Notes under the pieces: model-generated
The model's database searches: none
Told to the model about the DNA's origin: nothing
What the model saw: only the letters and a program-made list of their open reading frames with translations
Shown: piece after piece, positions 48,197-57,638 of the stretch
Position numbering within the stretch: position 1 is the first letter of the stretch
Layout: each line of letters starts with the position of its first letter
Source of the DNA: Trueperaceae bacterium
GTDB lineage: Bacteria; Deinococcota; Deinococci; Deinococcales; Trueperaceae
DNA length: 64,000 nucleotides
Direction of reading: 5' to 3'
Assembly (NCBI GenBank): GCA_965213705.1
Contig: OZ243913.1
Location: forward strand, 1,280,001-1,344,000
Position numbers and translations under genes: made by a program

Positions 48197-49543
48197 GTGA
48201 GCAAACCGACACCCAACCGCAGAGCCGCGGTGTCCCCAACCCCACAGGCGGGTGAGGCGGGGGACAAGGCGGAAGCCCCGTACACGTGGGGGCACTACCT
48301 GGTCAAAACCGACGCAGGCACCAAGGCGCGTGTCACGACCAAGCTGTTCGGCGTCCCTGGGTACGACCGCCGCAAGCCTTTGTACGCGAGCGACGAAGAC
48401 GTCTACGAAACCCTAAAGACCTACACCTCCGTCGACCTCGGACGTCTCCACGCGGTCTCGCGCGTTTTGCTGAAGGCGAGGCCAGAACTGTTCGGCGCTG
48501 GGCCGAGCGATGCGCCCGGCAGCCTGACCCCCGAGGCGATAGACAGGCTACTGGCCGGGTCGAGCGGCAGCGTAACGCCCGACACGCCCGAAGGGGCGAC
48601 GCCGGCCGCGGCAACGGCAAGGTCCGAGTCGACGGCTGAGTTGACGGCTGAGGTGACGCCCGAGCCGACACCCGAGCCGCCGGCTGAGTCGACGCACGAG
48701 TTGACCGGCAACGAGGGCAATGAGCCCGCCGGGCATGACGGCGCAGCGTCCGAGGCCCTGAACGGGGCAACACTGAGCGCATCGCGTGGGGCAACATCCC
48801 TACACAGTGTGGCGACACCCCCCGAGGGCGTGAAGCCGAGCCCGCCTGACGACGTCACGTCTGCACCGCTCGGTAGGACCACCACCGCGCCCGGCGACCT
48901 GCCCTCCGGGTCGCCCGGCCGCGGGCAAGACGTGACCGACCCCGCGCCGTTCGCCTCAGCCGACCCCGCCGACGCCAGGAATGCGCACGTCACCTTCGGC
49001 TGCGGGCACCGCGCGACGCTGCCGGTGTCCAACCTGGACCCCTTACAGCTCGAGCGCGAACTCGAGCCCTACCGCCAAGGCCCCTGCTTGAGCTGTATCG
49101 CCGTGAACTTGAGCGTTTTGACCCGAGGCGTGACGGTCTGGGAAGCGCCCGACCTCGTCGTCAGCCGTCCCCAGCTGGCCGCCCTGGCGGAGCGTCGCCG
49201 CTTTGAGCGGGTGCGAGACTTCGTCGACGACTTGGCGCGGGCGCCCGAGCGGGTGCTTGAGGCTTACTACTCGCTGCAGTTTGAGGTAAGAAGCGTGCTG
49301 GGGGACGACGACGGGGACACCTGGCGGGCGTGCCCTCACCGGGTGCAAGACCTGGTCTGGATTATGGCCGAGCTGTCGAACGACCAACTGGTGGTGCTGG
49401 GCCACAAGCCGCGGGGTTACGACCCGGCGCGCTCAAGGGCGCTGGCGACGCTTCTGGCCTACCGAGAGTACGAAAAGCGGTCGCCTTTTGGGCAGTGGCT
49501 GAGTCGGGTGGGGCAGCCCAGGCGGTACCGGGGGTTTGGGTGA
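48197..49543 (+). CDS. Hypothetical two-domain protein with a low-complexity linker and a CGH..CxxC metal-binding motif (leaderless)
   Basis: GTG 6 nt after TATACT; VTFGCGH...PCLSC. Confidence 0.7.
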   Translation: MSKPTPNRRAAVSPTPQAGEAGDKAEAPYTWGHYLVKTDAGTKARVTTKLFGVPGYDRRKPLYASDEDVYETLKTYTSVDLGRLHAVSRVLLKARPELFGAGPSDAPGSLTPEAIDRLLAGSSGSVTPDTPEGATPAAATARSESTAELTAEVTPEPTPEPPAESTHELTGNEGNEPAGHDGAASEALNGATLSASRGATSLHSVATPPEGVKPSPPDDVTSAPLGRTTTAPGDLPSGSPGRGQDVTDPAPFASADPADARNAHVTFGCGHRATLPVSNLDPLQLERELEPYRQGPCLSCIAVNLSVLTRGVTVWEAPDLVVSRPQLAALAERRRFERVRDFVDDLARAPERVLEAYYSLQFEVRSVLGDDDGDTWRACPHRVQDLVWIMAELSNDQLVVLGHKPRGYDPARSRALATLLAYREYEKRSPFGQWLSRVGQPRRYRGFG

Positions 49544-49895
49544 GGGGCTTTTGGGTGTGGAAGCTGACTGACGCTCGAGCCTGCGAGAGCGTAGGAATTG
49601 GTAAACCAAGTGTTGGATCAACGGAAACTCCAAGGCCAAATGGGTAGAGCGAATCCTTTACGAACACAACCGGATAGACCCAAACTTCGTGTCCAGACGA
49701 AGATCTGAGCTTTTACCTAGTGCTTCATTATCCGATTTTCTAAAAGTCCGCAATCGAGAATGAATGTGAAGGCGCAAGATTCCAAAGGGCATTACCCTGG
49801 AATTATCGGTTGTTCGTGTAGTCGTGTGGAGAAAATACAGCCCTGCACCTGAAAAATTTTACTTTTGCCGGTTTATGCGGTTGCAAAACTGCTCA

Positions 49896-51018
49896 TACCC
49901 ATTCCGGGTAATTCCCTAGTAAACTAAGCGGATGAACAAAGGCGGCAGACCCGGAATAGAATTGAAGGCGCAGCATAGCGTCGAGGAGCTTAAAGAGCAC
50001 TTCAGAGCCTGCACGTGTGCGGTAGAAAGACGGCGCATCCAAGTGGTGTGGTGGCTGGTAGAAGGCCGCAGTCGCAAGGAGGCGACGGCACTTTCAGCGT
50101 ATTCGAGCTTTAGTGTGTTGGACATCATCAAGCGCTATAACGAGCAAGGTTTGGAAGGACTCAAAGACCGCCGTCACGAGAATAGGGGTGCGCCCAGCTT
50201 ACTGAGTGATGAAGAGCTACTGCGCCTAGCTCAGGTGCTGCGCAAAGACTACGCCGAGGGCAAAATCTGGAACGGACAAAAAGTGGTTGACTGGTTACAA
50301 GAAGCGTTGGGCAAAGACGTACATCTCAGCCGCGCTTACGAACACTTTGCAGCGACAGGGTTCAGCCTGCGAGCACCCCGACCCGCGCATGTCAAGGCTG
50401 ACTTGGTCGAGCAAGAACGCTTCAAAAAAAGACCCTACCCGAAACCGTTAAGCTAGCCAAATACGCCTATGAACATGTGGAGCTTTGGTGTATGGACGAG
50501 CACCGCATCGGCCTCAAGCCGGTGTTGTGCAAAGTCTGGGCACCCAAAGGGCAAAGACCCACCATCGCAACTTACCCAAGGTATAAATGGCTTTATCTTT
50601 ACGCTTTTGTTCAGCCCGAAACGGGTAGAAGCGTGTGGTACATCCTGCCCGAGACGAACGTAAAAGCCTTCCAGACAGTTCTGAACAACTTCGCCTCGGG
50701 CCTTGAGAGTTCAGAGACAAAGCACATCCTGCTTGTCATGGACAATGCACCTTGGCATACCAGTTCCAAGCTCGTGCAGCCTCAAGGCGTCGAAATTATT
50801 CACCAGCCCAGCTACTCACCCGAATTGCAACCCGCTGAACACCTGTGGCCCCTCAGTGACGAACTTGTTACCAACCGCTGTCCTAAAAACCTTGACGACC
50901 TTGAGCAGCGCTTAATCATCCAGTGTGAGCGCCTTATGCAAAATCCTGAGCGCGTTAGGGCGCATACCCTGTTTCACTGGTGGCCGCGGGTTTATTAGGG
51001 AATTTATCGGAATGCGTA
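49896..51018 (+). mobile_element. IS630-family insertion sequence, apparently complete
   Basis: Flanking TA at 49896 and 51017. Imperfect IRs: left CCCATTCCGGGTAATTCCCTAGTAAA, right (reverse complement) CGCATTCCGATAAATTCCCTAATAAA. Confidence 0.92.
49932..50998 (+). CDS. IS630 transposase, orfA (HTH) and orfB (DDE) joined by a -1 frameshift
   Basis: A7G slippery site at 50424-50431; WCMDE, MDNAPWH and PSYSPELQPAEHLW. Confidence 0.92.
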
Positions 51019-51403
51019 TAAGCTACTTATTTGTCGATGGTATGGCAGTTTCTGTCTGGACTTCCCCTCCTGCTTGACGGTAGCTCAGCGGGCCGCAATG
51101 ATTACCTTGATGAGGTCTCCCGTAACCACCACCCAAGGTGACAAACCACCATATTTACGCAGTAGACAATCAGTCAGCGAGATAGACAGGCTTGATAAAC
51201 ACGGCTCGTATTCTCACCTGAAGCAACTGGAGTTGTCTTTAAAGGGGTCAGGTCATTAGTTTTGTCGATCTTTCCCTTATGTAACTGTACGGCCCGTTCG
51301 CTGCATGAGGGGCAACACCAAATCTTGTGTGGTCTCTTGTCCACTGAGTTCCTATACGTCAAGCCGAGTAGTGCCAAGTGTCCCAACAATGTTGTTACCA
51401 AAC

Positions 51404-52366
51404 CTAGCCTTCTCTCAGCGTCCACTCGAGCAGCTCCCCCAAATCCGCCGTCGCCAGCCCGACGACCCGGTCGGCCGCGCCGTAGTACAGGTACACGGTG
51501 CCGTCCACGACCGGGTTGCCCGTGCCGAAAACGACGAAGGGCACGTCGCCCTTTAGTTCCCAGGTTTCTTTGGGGGCCAGCACGGGCGTTTTGGGGCGCT
51601 TGAGCACGATGCTCGGGTCGTCGCAGTCTAACAGCGCGACGCCCATGCAGTAAATGTGGTGGTCATTGTAGCCGTGGTAAATCACCAGCCAACCCGCCTC
51701 GGTTTCAATCGGCGGGCCGCCCGCCCCAATGCGTTTGCCGTCCCACAAACCCGGCCGCGGGCGCAGGATTTCGGCGTGGTCGCCCCAGGTTTGGAAGTCA
51801 TCGCTGAACGCCAGCCAGATGCTCGGCGGGCGGCGGTGAAAAGTCGCGTAGCGCCCGCCGAATTTCGCCGGAAACAGCACGTGGTCTTTGTTGTCCTCGT
51901 CCTCGACGACCGGCCCAAGCGTTTCCCAGGTGACGAGGTTGTCGCTGACTGCGTACATCGGCGTGATGCCGAGCGGCGGCGTGCCAGTTGGGGCGTGAAA
52001 ACCTTTGCGGCTGTAGGCGGTGTAGGCCATGTAAAAGCGGCCGTTAAGAAAGGTGATACGTGGGTCTTCGACCCCTCGAGCGTCCAGTTCGGAAGAGGGA
52101 CTCAAAACCGGATGTTGCAGCCGGTTGAAGTTCACCCCATCCCTGGACACGGCGTAGCCGATGTGTGAAACGTAGTCGAGTCCCTGCGCCCGGTAGTGCA
52201 TGTGAAACAAACCGTTGTGGTGAATCACCGACGGGTTGAACGTGTTGAGCGCTTCCCAGGCGTTGGTGGGGATGGGCTTGAGCACCGGGTTGGCCGGGTG
52301 GCGCTGAAAGTGCTCGCTCTCGGCAAGGTGGTAAAAGGCGGCGGGGACGGTTTGAACTAGGGGCAT
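51404..52366 (-). CDS. GH130 beta-mannoside phosphorylase/glycosidase
   Basis: TFNPS, YRAQG, GVEDPRI, YTAY, NKD, FHRRPPSIW, YYGAAD. Confidence 0.9.
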   Translation of the reverse strand: MPLVQTVPAAFYHLAESEHFQRHPANPVLKPIPTNAWEALNTFNPSVIHHNGLFHMHYRAQGLDYVSHIGYAVSRDGVNFNRLQHPVLSPSSELDARGVEDPRITFLNGRFYMAYTAYSRKGFHAPTGTPPLGITPMYAVSDNLVTWETLGPVVEDEDNKDHVLFPAKFGGRYATFHRRPPSIWLAFSDDFQTWGDHAEILRPRPGLWDGKRIGAGGPPIETEAGWLVIYHGYNDHHIYCMGVALLDCDDPSIVLKRPKTPVLAPKETWELKGDVPFVVFGTGNPVVDGTVYLYYGAADRVVGLATADLGELLEWTLREG

Positions 52367-52420
52367 AGCGGGCTCCGTGTGAAAGAAGTGTGGGGCCAGA
52401 CTTGGCCGGCCCCGGCAAGT

Positions 52421-54919
52421 TTACGGTGCGGCGCGTTCCAGGGTCAACGAAAAAACATGCATCGTTTCGCGGTCGGGCAAACTGACGCCCAGGAGTTTTC
52501 GTCCGCCGTCAAGCGCCACGGTCTGCGCGAAGATGCGGCAGTTGAGACTTTCGACCGCGCCCGAGGCACCCCGGCGTTGGGCGTAGTCGAGCGCGACCGC
52601 CTCCCCGTAGCGGGGCTGTTGGCACCAGTCGGACAGGGAAAGGGTGACTTCCTCGTCGCCGTCGGCGTACTGAAGCGTCAGCGGCGCTTCGTAGTTGCCT
52701 TGTTCCGATGCGCCGAGCAGGTGCAGGGTTGTGTAGTTCCCAGGTGGGACGCTCAAGCGCTGGCCGGTCGCGGCGACGTTGTTGGCGTCGGCCTCGGTGG
52801 GCGGGAAGAGGTAAGGAACCTCCTCGAAAACGAATTGTTCGCCCCCGGTGGGCGAGCGGTCGGCGGGATAGGTCGCGCCGAGTTCACCCGAGTGGTTGTC
52901 GAAGTTGCCCGCGGGATTCGAGGTGTCGGAAAAAGCGTCGTTGTTGAAGGCGGCGGAAAGCTCGAGCGCCACGAAATTCCCTTCTTCGAAAGCCGCGGGC
53001 GTGTCGAGTTCCGGCCCCGTCCGCGCCCCGGCCCCGGCGAGGTCGGGCAGGGCCGCGTCGGTCGTCCAGTGGACGAGCGCGAAGCCGAAAGGTGGCAGCG
53101 TGAGGGTGGCGTCGCCGCCGAGCGGTTCTTCGCTGACCAGATTAGCGAAGCGGTCGAAAACGCGCACCGTAGCCGCTTCGGTCAAGCCCTCACCTTCAGC
53201 GACGGCCAAGGCGTCTTCTTCGGCCCAGCTTTTCAAGAGCAGCAACCGTTCGCCCTCCTTGCCGTAGAGCTTTTCCATCACCACGGGGCGAAAAACGAGG
53301 GCGTCAGCCCGGACGGGCGTGCCCGCCGGGTTGTTCACGGTGACGCGGTGCTCGCCCGCTGCCAGGGTCAGCACGCCGACGTCCGTCATCCGGTACTGCG
53401 CCTCGTCCACGCCCGGCAGCTCGAGCGTAAAGCTTTCGTCGTCGACGAAGACTTCCAACAAATTCGGCCGGTTCTCGGCGCGGGCCAGCGCGTAAACCCG
53501 GTAGGGGCCGCTTTTGGGCAGCGTCACGCTCGCTCCCACGCTTGCGCCCTCGACGAGCACCGCCGTGAGTTGCCCGCTCGCGGCGGCGTTCACCTCGGTC
53601 GGCGGCGGCTGGCCGAAGTCGGTGCCGGTCTCGACCTCGACGGTCACGTCGTCGTTTTTCTCGAGCCAAACGTAAGGCAGCATCTCCGCCGCCGCGGGCC
53701 GCGCCTCGGCTTGCAGGAGCGCCAGCAGCGCGGTGATGGTCGATTCCGCGCCCGAGTTGCGGTTGATAATTCCGCGCTCGAGGCCGTCGAAGGTGCGGCC
53801 CGTTTCGGGTTCGTACATGGGCTGGCGCAGCTCGTTGTTGCCGAGGAGCCAGCCCGTCATCAGTCCGCCGAGTTCGTTGTAGACCTCTTTGCCCGTCGCG
53901 TCGGCCAGCGCGAAGTAGCCCGAGGCGATAGACTCCATCCCAAAGGCGATTTGCGCGAAGGTGTCGACCGCCGGGCTCATCCGCTCCACCGGACCCTGAC
54001 TTGCTAAAAGGTGAACGAAAAAGTGCCCCGCTTCGGCCTCGGCGCTGTTCAGCCAGGCCTCGTTAGGCTCTACTTCGTAAGTCTCGGCGAGGGCCTGGGT
54101 TTGACGCGAGCCCCAGGCGTGCCACTCGAGCGGGTTGAGCGCGAACGACGGGTGGGCGAGGAAGGGGTAACTTTCGGGCGGTCCGTACTGAAAGGCGGCG
54201 AGGCCGTCGGCGAGCATGGTCAAAAGCCCGCGCACCGTTTCGTTTTCCTCTATCTCGAGGTAAGTCGCCAGTGCCACGGCTAGAATCGAAGCGACATCCG
54301 CGCCGTCGTCGGGCAGCCACTGCGGTACCTCAAAACCGCGGATGGTCTCGAACTCGCCGAATCGGGGTTCGACCTTGGTGACGAACGGGGGCACGCCGCG
54401 CAAGAAGGCTTCTTGCAACTGCGCAGCGTACTCGGGGTCGGGGTCTTTGAAAACCCGGTAGCCCTCGGCCAAAGCCCACAGCCCCCGCGCCGCCCAAAAG
54501 CCCGCGCCCTTGCGACTCGTGCGGCCCAGGCGGTTGATGCTGCCGTCGGCAAAGACGAAGTTGTAAAACTCGCCGTCTTCGGCTTGAAGGGCCAGCGTGA
54601 AGTCGAGCAGCCCTCGAGCCTCGTCCAGCGTTTCGACGACGCCGTCTTCATAAGCCCACAAGTAGGCAATCGCCGCCCTCGCCACGTCGTCTAAGTCGGT
54701 CACGCCCTCGCCCGGAGCCTCGCGGCCGACGTACGCGCCCGGCTCGGTCGGGCTCGGCTCGGCGTAAATCCACACGCCGAGCAGGTCCTGACCCTCGACG
54801 TTGAAGGGTTGGGTGAGAAAGTCCAGGTGGTCGAAGTTGGTGACCTGCGCGTGACCAAAGGAGGCAAACAGGGCGAGAGAAAAGAGGACGCAGAGCGTCC
54901 TCAGTGGTTTCCCAATCAT
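52421..54919 (-). CDS. Secreted putative (alpha/alpha)6 glycosidase-like protein with C-terminal beta-sandwich modules
   Basis: Signal peptide; DDVARA, FYNF, WAARGLWAL, FDGL, NSGAESTI; beta-rich C-terminus including LSLSDW. Confidence 0.7.
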   Translation of the reverse strand: MIGKPLRTLCVLFSLALFASFGHAQVTNFDHLDFLTQPFNVEGQDLLGVWIYAEPSPTEPGAYVGREAPGEGVTDLDDVARAAIAYLWAYEDGVVETLDEARGLLDFTLALQAEDGEFYNFVFADGSINRLGRTSRKGAGFWAARGLWALAEGYRVFKDPDPEYAAQLQEAFLRGVPPFVTKVEPRFGEFETIRGFEVPQWLPDDGADVASILAVALATYLEIEENETVRGLLTMLADGLAAFQYGPPESYPFLAHPSFALNPLEWHAWGSRQTQALAETYEVEPNEAWLNSAEAEAGHFFVHLLASQGPVERMSPAVDTFAQIAFGMESIASGYFALADATGKEVYNELGGLMTGWLLGNNELRQPMYEPETGRTFDGLERGIINRNSGAESTITALLALLQAEARPAAAEMLPYVWLEKNDDVTVEVETGTDFGQPPPTEVNAAASGQLTAVLVEGASVGASVTLPKSGPYRVYALARAENRPNLLEVFVDDESFTLELPGVDEAQYRMTDVGVLTLAAGEHRVTVNNPAGTPVRADALVFRPVVMEKLYGKEGERLLLLKSWAEEDALAVAEGEGLTEAATVRVFDRFANLVSEEPLGGDATLTLPPFGFALVHWTTDAALPDLAGAGARTGPELDTPAAFEEGNFVALELSAAFNNDAFSDTSNPAGNFDNHSGELGATYPADRSPTGGEQFVFEEVPYLFPPTEADANNVAATGQRLSVPPGNYTTLHLLGASEQGNYEAPLTLQYADGDEEVTLSLSDWCQQPRYGEAVALDYAQRRGASGAVESLNCRIFAQTVALDGGRKLLGVSLPDRETMHVFSLTLERAAP

Positions 54920-54928
54920 CTGAAAAGC

Positions 54929-56257
54929 CTATTCATTTTGCAGCGCGACCGAGGCGAGTTCGGCTTGCCGGTCGGCGGCCCACTGAATCGCCGCGTCTTC
55001 CGAGTCGGCCTGGTAAACGCTGTAGACGTGGCGAAAGTTCACGGTGTCGCCGGGCAGGTAGTGGTTGGGGGTGCTCGGCGTGACGTCTTGGGTCGCCTCG
55101 TAGGTGCCGAACTCGTCGGCGGTCCACTTGAACACGCCGGTGCGGAACTCCTGCGACTCGAAGACCCAGGTGTCGCCGGAGAGAAAGTCGTTGTTGTCGG
55201 AGGCGACTTCGGGCGTCTCGGCGGCGATTTCGGCCACGGCGAGGCCGAGCGTGGGCGAGTAGTTCGCCCGCCACGCTTCGGCGGAGGCGAAGATGTAGGG
55301 GGCGCTCCAGTAGAGCGGGCTCAAGCTGTCGTCGGCGCGGAAAGCGAGGTAGGATTCGCCGTCGACCGTGGTCACGGCCTCACGCTCGGCGAAGTAGTCT
55401 TGGGGCGTCTCGCCGAGTTGGTCGGCCCAGACGAGCTTGCGAAAGACCGGCAGCAGGTGCAGCGCTTCGGGGTCGGCCTGGCTCATCACGCGCGTCGCCA
55501 TGCTCTGCAGTTTCATCATGTCGGCGTAGCCGCGGAACGACACTTCGGTCGACACGTCCACGTCGCCGGTCGCGTAGATGCGCGCCACGACGCGCTGGTT
55601 CAGCCCGGCAAAACGGTCGGAGGCGTACTCGCTCACCACCGTGACTCGAGCCGGTCCCGCAGGCAAGATTTCGGTCTGCACGCGGCGCATCCCGCCGTCC
55701 TCGAGCGTCGTGTACTCCTCGTGCGGCCCCAACTCCTCGTTCGCCCAGTAAGTGCTCTCGGGATAGCCCGAAAAGCGCAGGATGCCCAGTTCGTCGGCGA
55801 GAACTTCACTGGTGCCGCCAAAACCGGCAATTCGGGGCAAGCCCGTCGCGGGGACTTCGACCGTAAAGCCATCCATCATGCTGCTCTCGACCACCGCCGG
55901 GTCGTCGCCCGTGACGGTGAGCGCGGCGTCATAAGCGGGCGCGTCCGTCGCCTCGTCGGAGAGCTGAATCTCGGCCGCGCCGCTTGCCAAAAAGGCGAGT
56001 TCGTCGCCCGCCGACAAGCGCCCGTTCAGGTCGGTGTCGTCGATTTGGTAGGCGACTTCTTCGCCGCCGACCAGCACCCGCAAGCTGTCCCAGTTCATCT
56101 GAAACTCGGCCCCGACCGCGTCGCGCAGCTCGAGCAAACTCAGCGACACCGGCACGGGGCGGTCGGTCAAGTTGTCGACCGCCACCGTGACAGTGCGCGT
56201 CTCGGCCAACGCTGTACCCAGAAGTAAAACTGCTGCAAAAACTCCCAATCGTTTCAT
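54929..56257 (-). CDS. Secreted hypothetical protein (442 aa), beta-rich
   Basis: Signal peptide ending ALA; YQIDDTDLNGRLSAGDELAF Ca-loop-like motif; lies inside the operon. Confidence 0.75.
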   Translation of the reverse strand: MKRLGVFAAVLLLGTALAETRTVTVAVDNLTDRPVPVSLSLLELRDAVGAEFQMNWDSLRVLVGGEEVAYQIDDTDLNGRLSAGDELAFLASGAAEIQLSDEATDAPAYDAALTVTGDDPAVVESSMMDGFTVEVPATGLPRIAGFGGTSEVLADELGILRFSGYPESTYWANEELGPHEEYTTLEDGGMRRVQTEILPAGPARVTVVSEYASDRFAGLNQRVVARIYATGDVDVSTEVSFRGYADMMKLQSMATRVMSQADPEALHLLPVFRKLVWADQLGETPQDYFAEREAVTTVDGESYLAFRADDSLSPLYWSAPYIFASAEAWRANYSPTLGLAVAEIAAETPEVASDNNDFLSGDTWVFESQEFRTGVFKWTADEFGTYEATQDVTPSTPNHYLPGDTVNFRHVYSVYQADSEDAAIQWAADRQAELASVALQNE

Positions 56258-56307
56258 GAACTTCCTTTCGTAGCTGATTTGCTGCCTACTTCCTACTGCC
56301 TACTTCT

Positions 56308-57567
56308 TTAGAAAAAGCCGCTGACGATGTCTCGAGCGTTTTGCGCCGCCCGCTCCAAAGCCTCTTCGGGACTGCGCACGCCCTGGACGGCCGCCGCTTC
56401 GTACTCGCGTGAAATCGCGTCGAAAATCTCGATGAGGTAGGGCGTGTCGTCGACGCCGCGGGTGCGCAGGTTTTGCTCGATGAACTTGTCCAGCACGGGC
56501 CGCGCGCCGACCATTTCGCCGAACAGCGGATTGTCCGCCATGTCCTGCCGGTAAGGAATCTGCCCGGTGATGTTCATGAATAGGGCGTCGTTTTCGGGTG
56601 AGAGGATGAACTTGACAAACTCCCAGTCCTCTTCCGGGTGCTCGCTCGTGCTGAAAATGGCGATGTTTTTAGGGTCGCCGTAGGTGAACACGGGTTGGCC
56701 CGCGAGCCTGTCCGGCACCGGCGGCGGCACGAGGTCGAACTGAAATCCTTCCGGCGCGTTATTCTCGTAAAAAGGCAGCGTGAACGGCCCGGCCGGCTCG
56801 ACTAAAACGGTGCCGTCGAAAAAGCGGTTCTGCGCCGACTGGCCTTTGGGGGCTAGGTCTTCCTCGAACAAGGTTGCTAAAAACGTAAACACCTCCGTAC
56901 CGGCCTCGTTGTCGAACGCCACCTCGCCCTCGTCGTCGAGGAGCGTGCCGCCCTGGGACGCGGCGATGTAAAGGGTGTAAAAGTCGAAAAAGCGCTGCCA
57001 CCAGGTCACGTCGACGTTCGGCGCGTAGAGGTACTTTTCACCACCCCACTGCTCGTTCACCTTGCGCGCCGCGTCCAAAAAGCCCGAGTAGGTCGCTAGG
57101 TTCTCCGGCGCCACGCCCGCCTCGGCCAGCAAGTCGACGTTGTAGGCGAACATCACCGGGTTGGCCTTCCAGGGCACCTGGTAGACGTGACCGCTCGGGT
57201 GGGTGTAGAGGTCTAAGACCGCTTCGCCGGAGCGCTGAGTCATAAACTCTTCAAAGCCCGGCAGCGTCTCGTGCTCGTAAAGCCCGCCCGCGTCGACGTA
57301 TTGGCTGATGGCCCCCGGATAGATGTTGGCGGCCACGTCGGGCGTGGTGCGGGCGGCGATGGCGGCGAGCAAAACTTCTTCGGTCGAGCGGCTCGCCGGG
57401 ATGGGTTGCATCTTGACCTGCACGTCAGGGTTGGCCGCGTTCCAGGTCTCGACGATTTGCGTGGCGAACTGAATTTCTTCGGGGTTCGACGAGGGCCAGA
57501 AGGTGATTTCGGTCTGGGCGAGGGCGAAGCCGGTGAGTAAGACTAGGATGAGTTTGAGTGTTTTGAT
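56308..57567 (-). CDS. Sugar ABC solute-binding protein, apparent ATC start
   Basis: AGGAGG-6nt-ATC, then KTLKLILVLLTGFALA signal peptide in frame with ORF 56308-57423. Confidence 0.88.
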   Translation of the reverse strand: MKTLKLILVLLTGFALAQTEITFWPSSNPEEIQFATQIVETWNAANPDVQVKMQPIPASRSTEEVLLAAIAARTTPDVAANIYPGAISQYVDAGGLYEHETLPGFEEFMTQRSGEAVLDLYTHPSGHVYQVPWKANPVMFAYNVDLLAEAGVAPENLATYSGFLDAARKVNEQWGGEKYLYAPNVDVTWWQRFFDFYTLYIAASQGGTLLDDEGEVAFDNEAGTEVFTFLATLFEEDLAPKGQSAQNRFFDGTVLVEPAGPFTLPFYENNAPEGFQFDLVPPPVPDRLAGQPVFTYGDPKNIAIFSTSEHPEEDWEFVKFILSPENDALFMNITGQIPYRQDMADNPLFGEMVGARPVLDKFIEQNLRTRGVDDTPYLIEIFDAISREYEAAAVQGVRSPEEALERAAQNARDIVSGFF

Positions 57568-57638
57568 GGTGAACCTCCTTTGTCAGTAGTCGGTAATCGG
57601 TAGTCAGAATTCAGTGGGTTTCGACTCGTGTCACCCCC

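Noticed and set aside
49560..51400. A gene interrupted by IS630
   Set aside because: I could not reconstruct a continuous frame across the flanks on the minus-strand frames I tried; too degraded to call.
52379..56227. Long plus-strand ORFs of 542 aa and 472 aa
   Set aside because: Antisense shadows of the real minus-strand genes, typical of high-GC codon bias.
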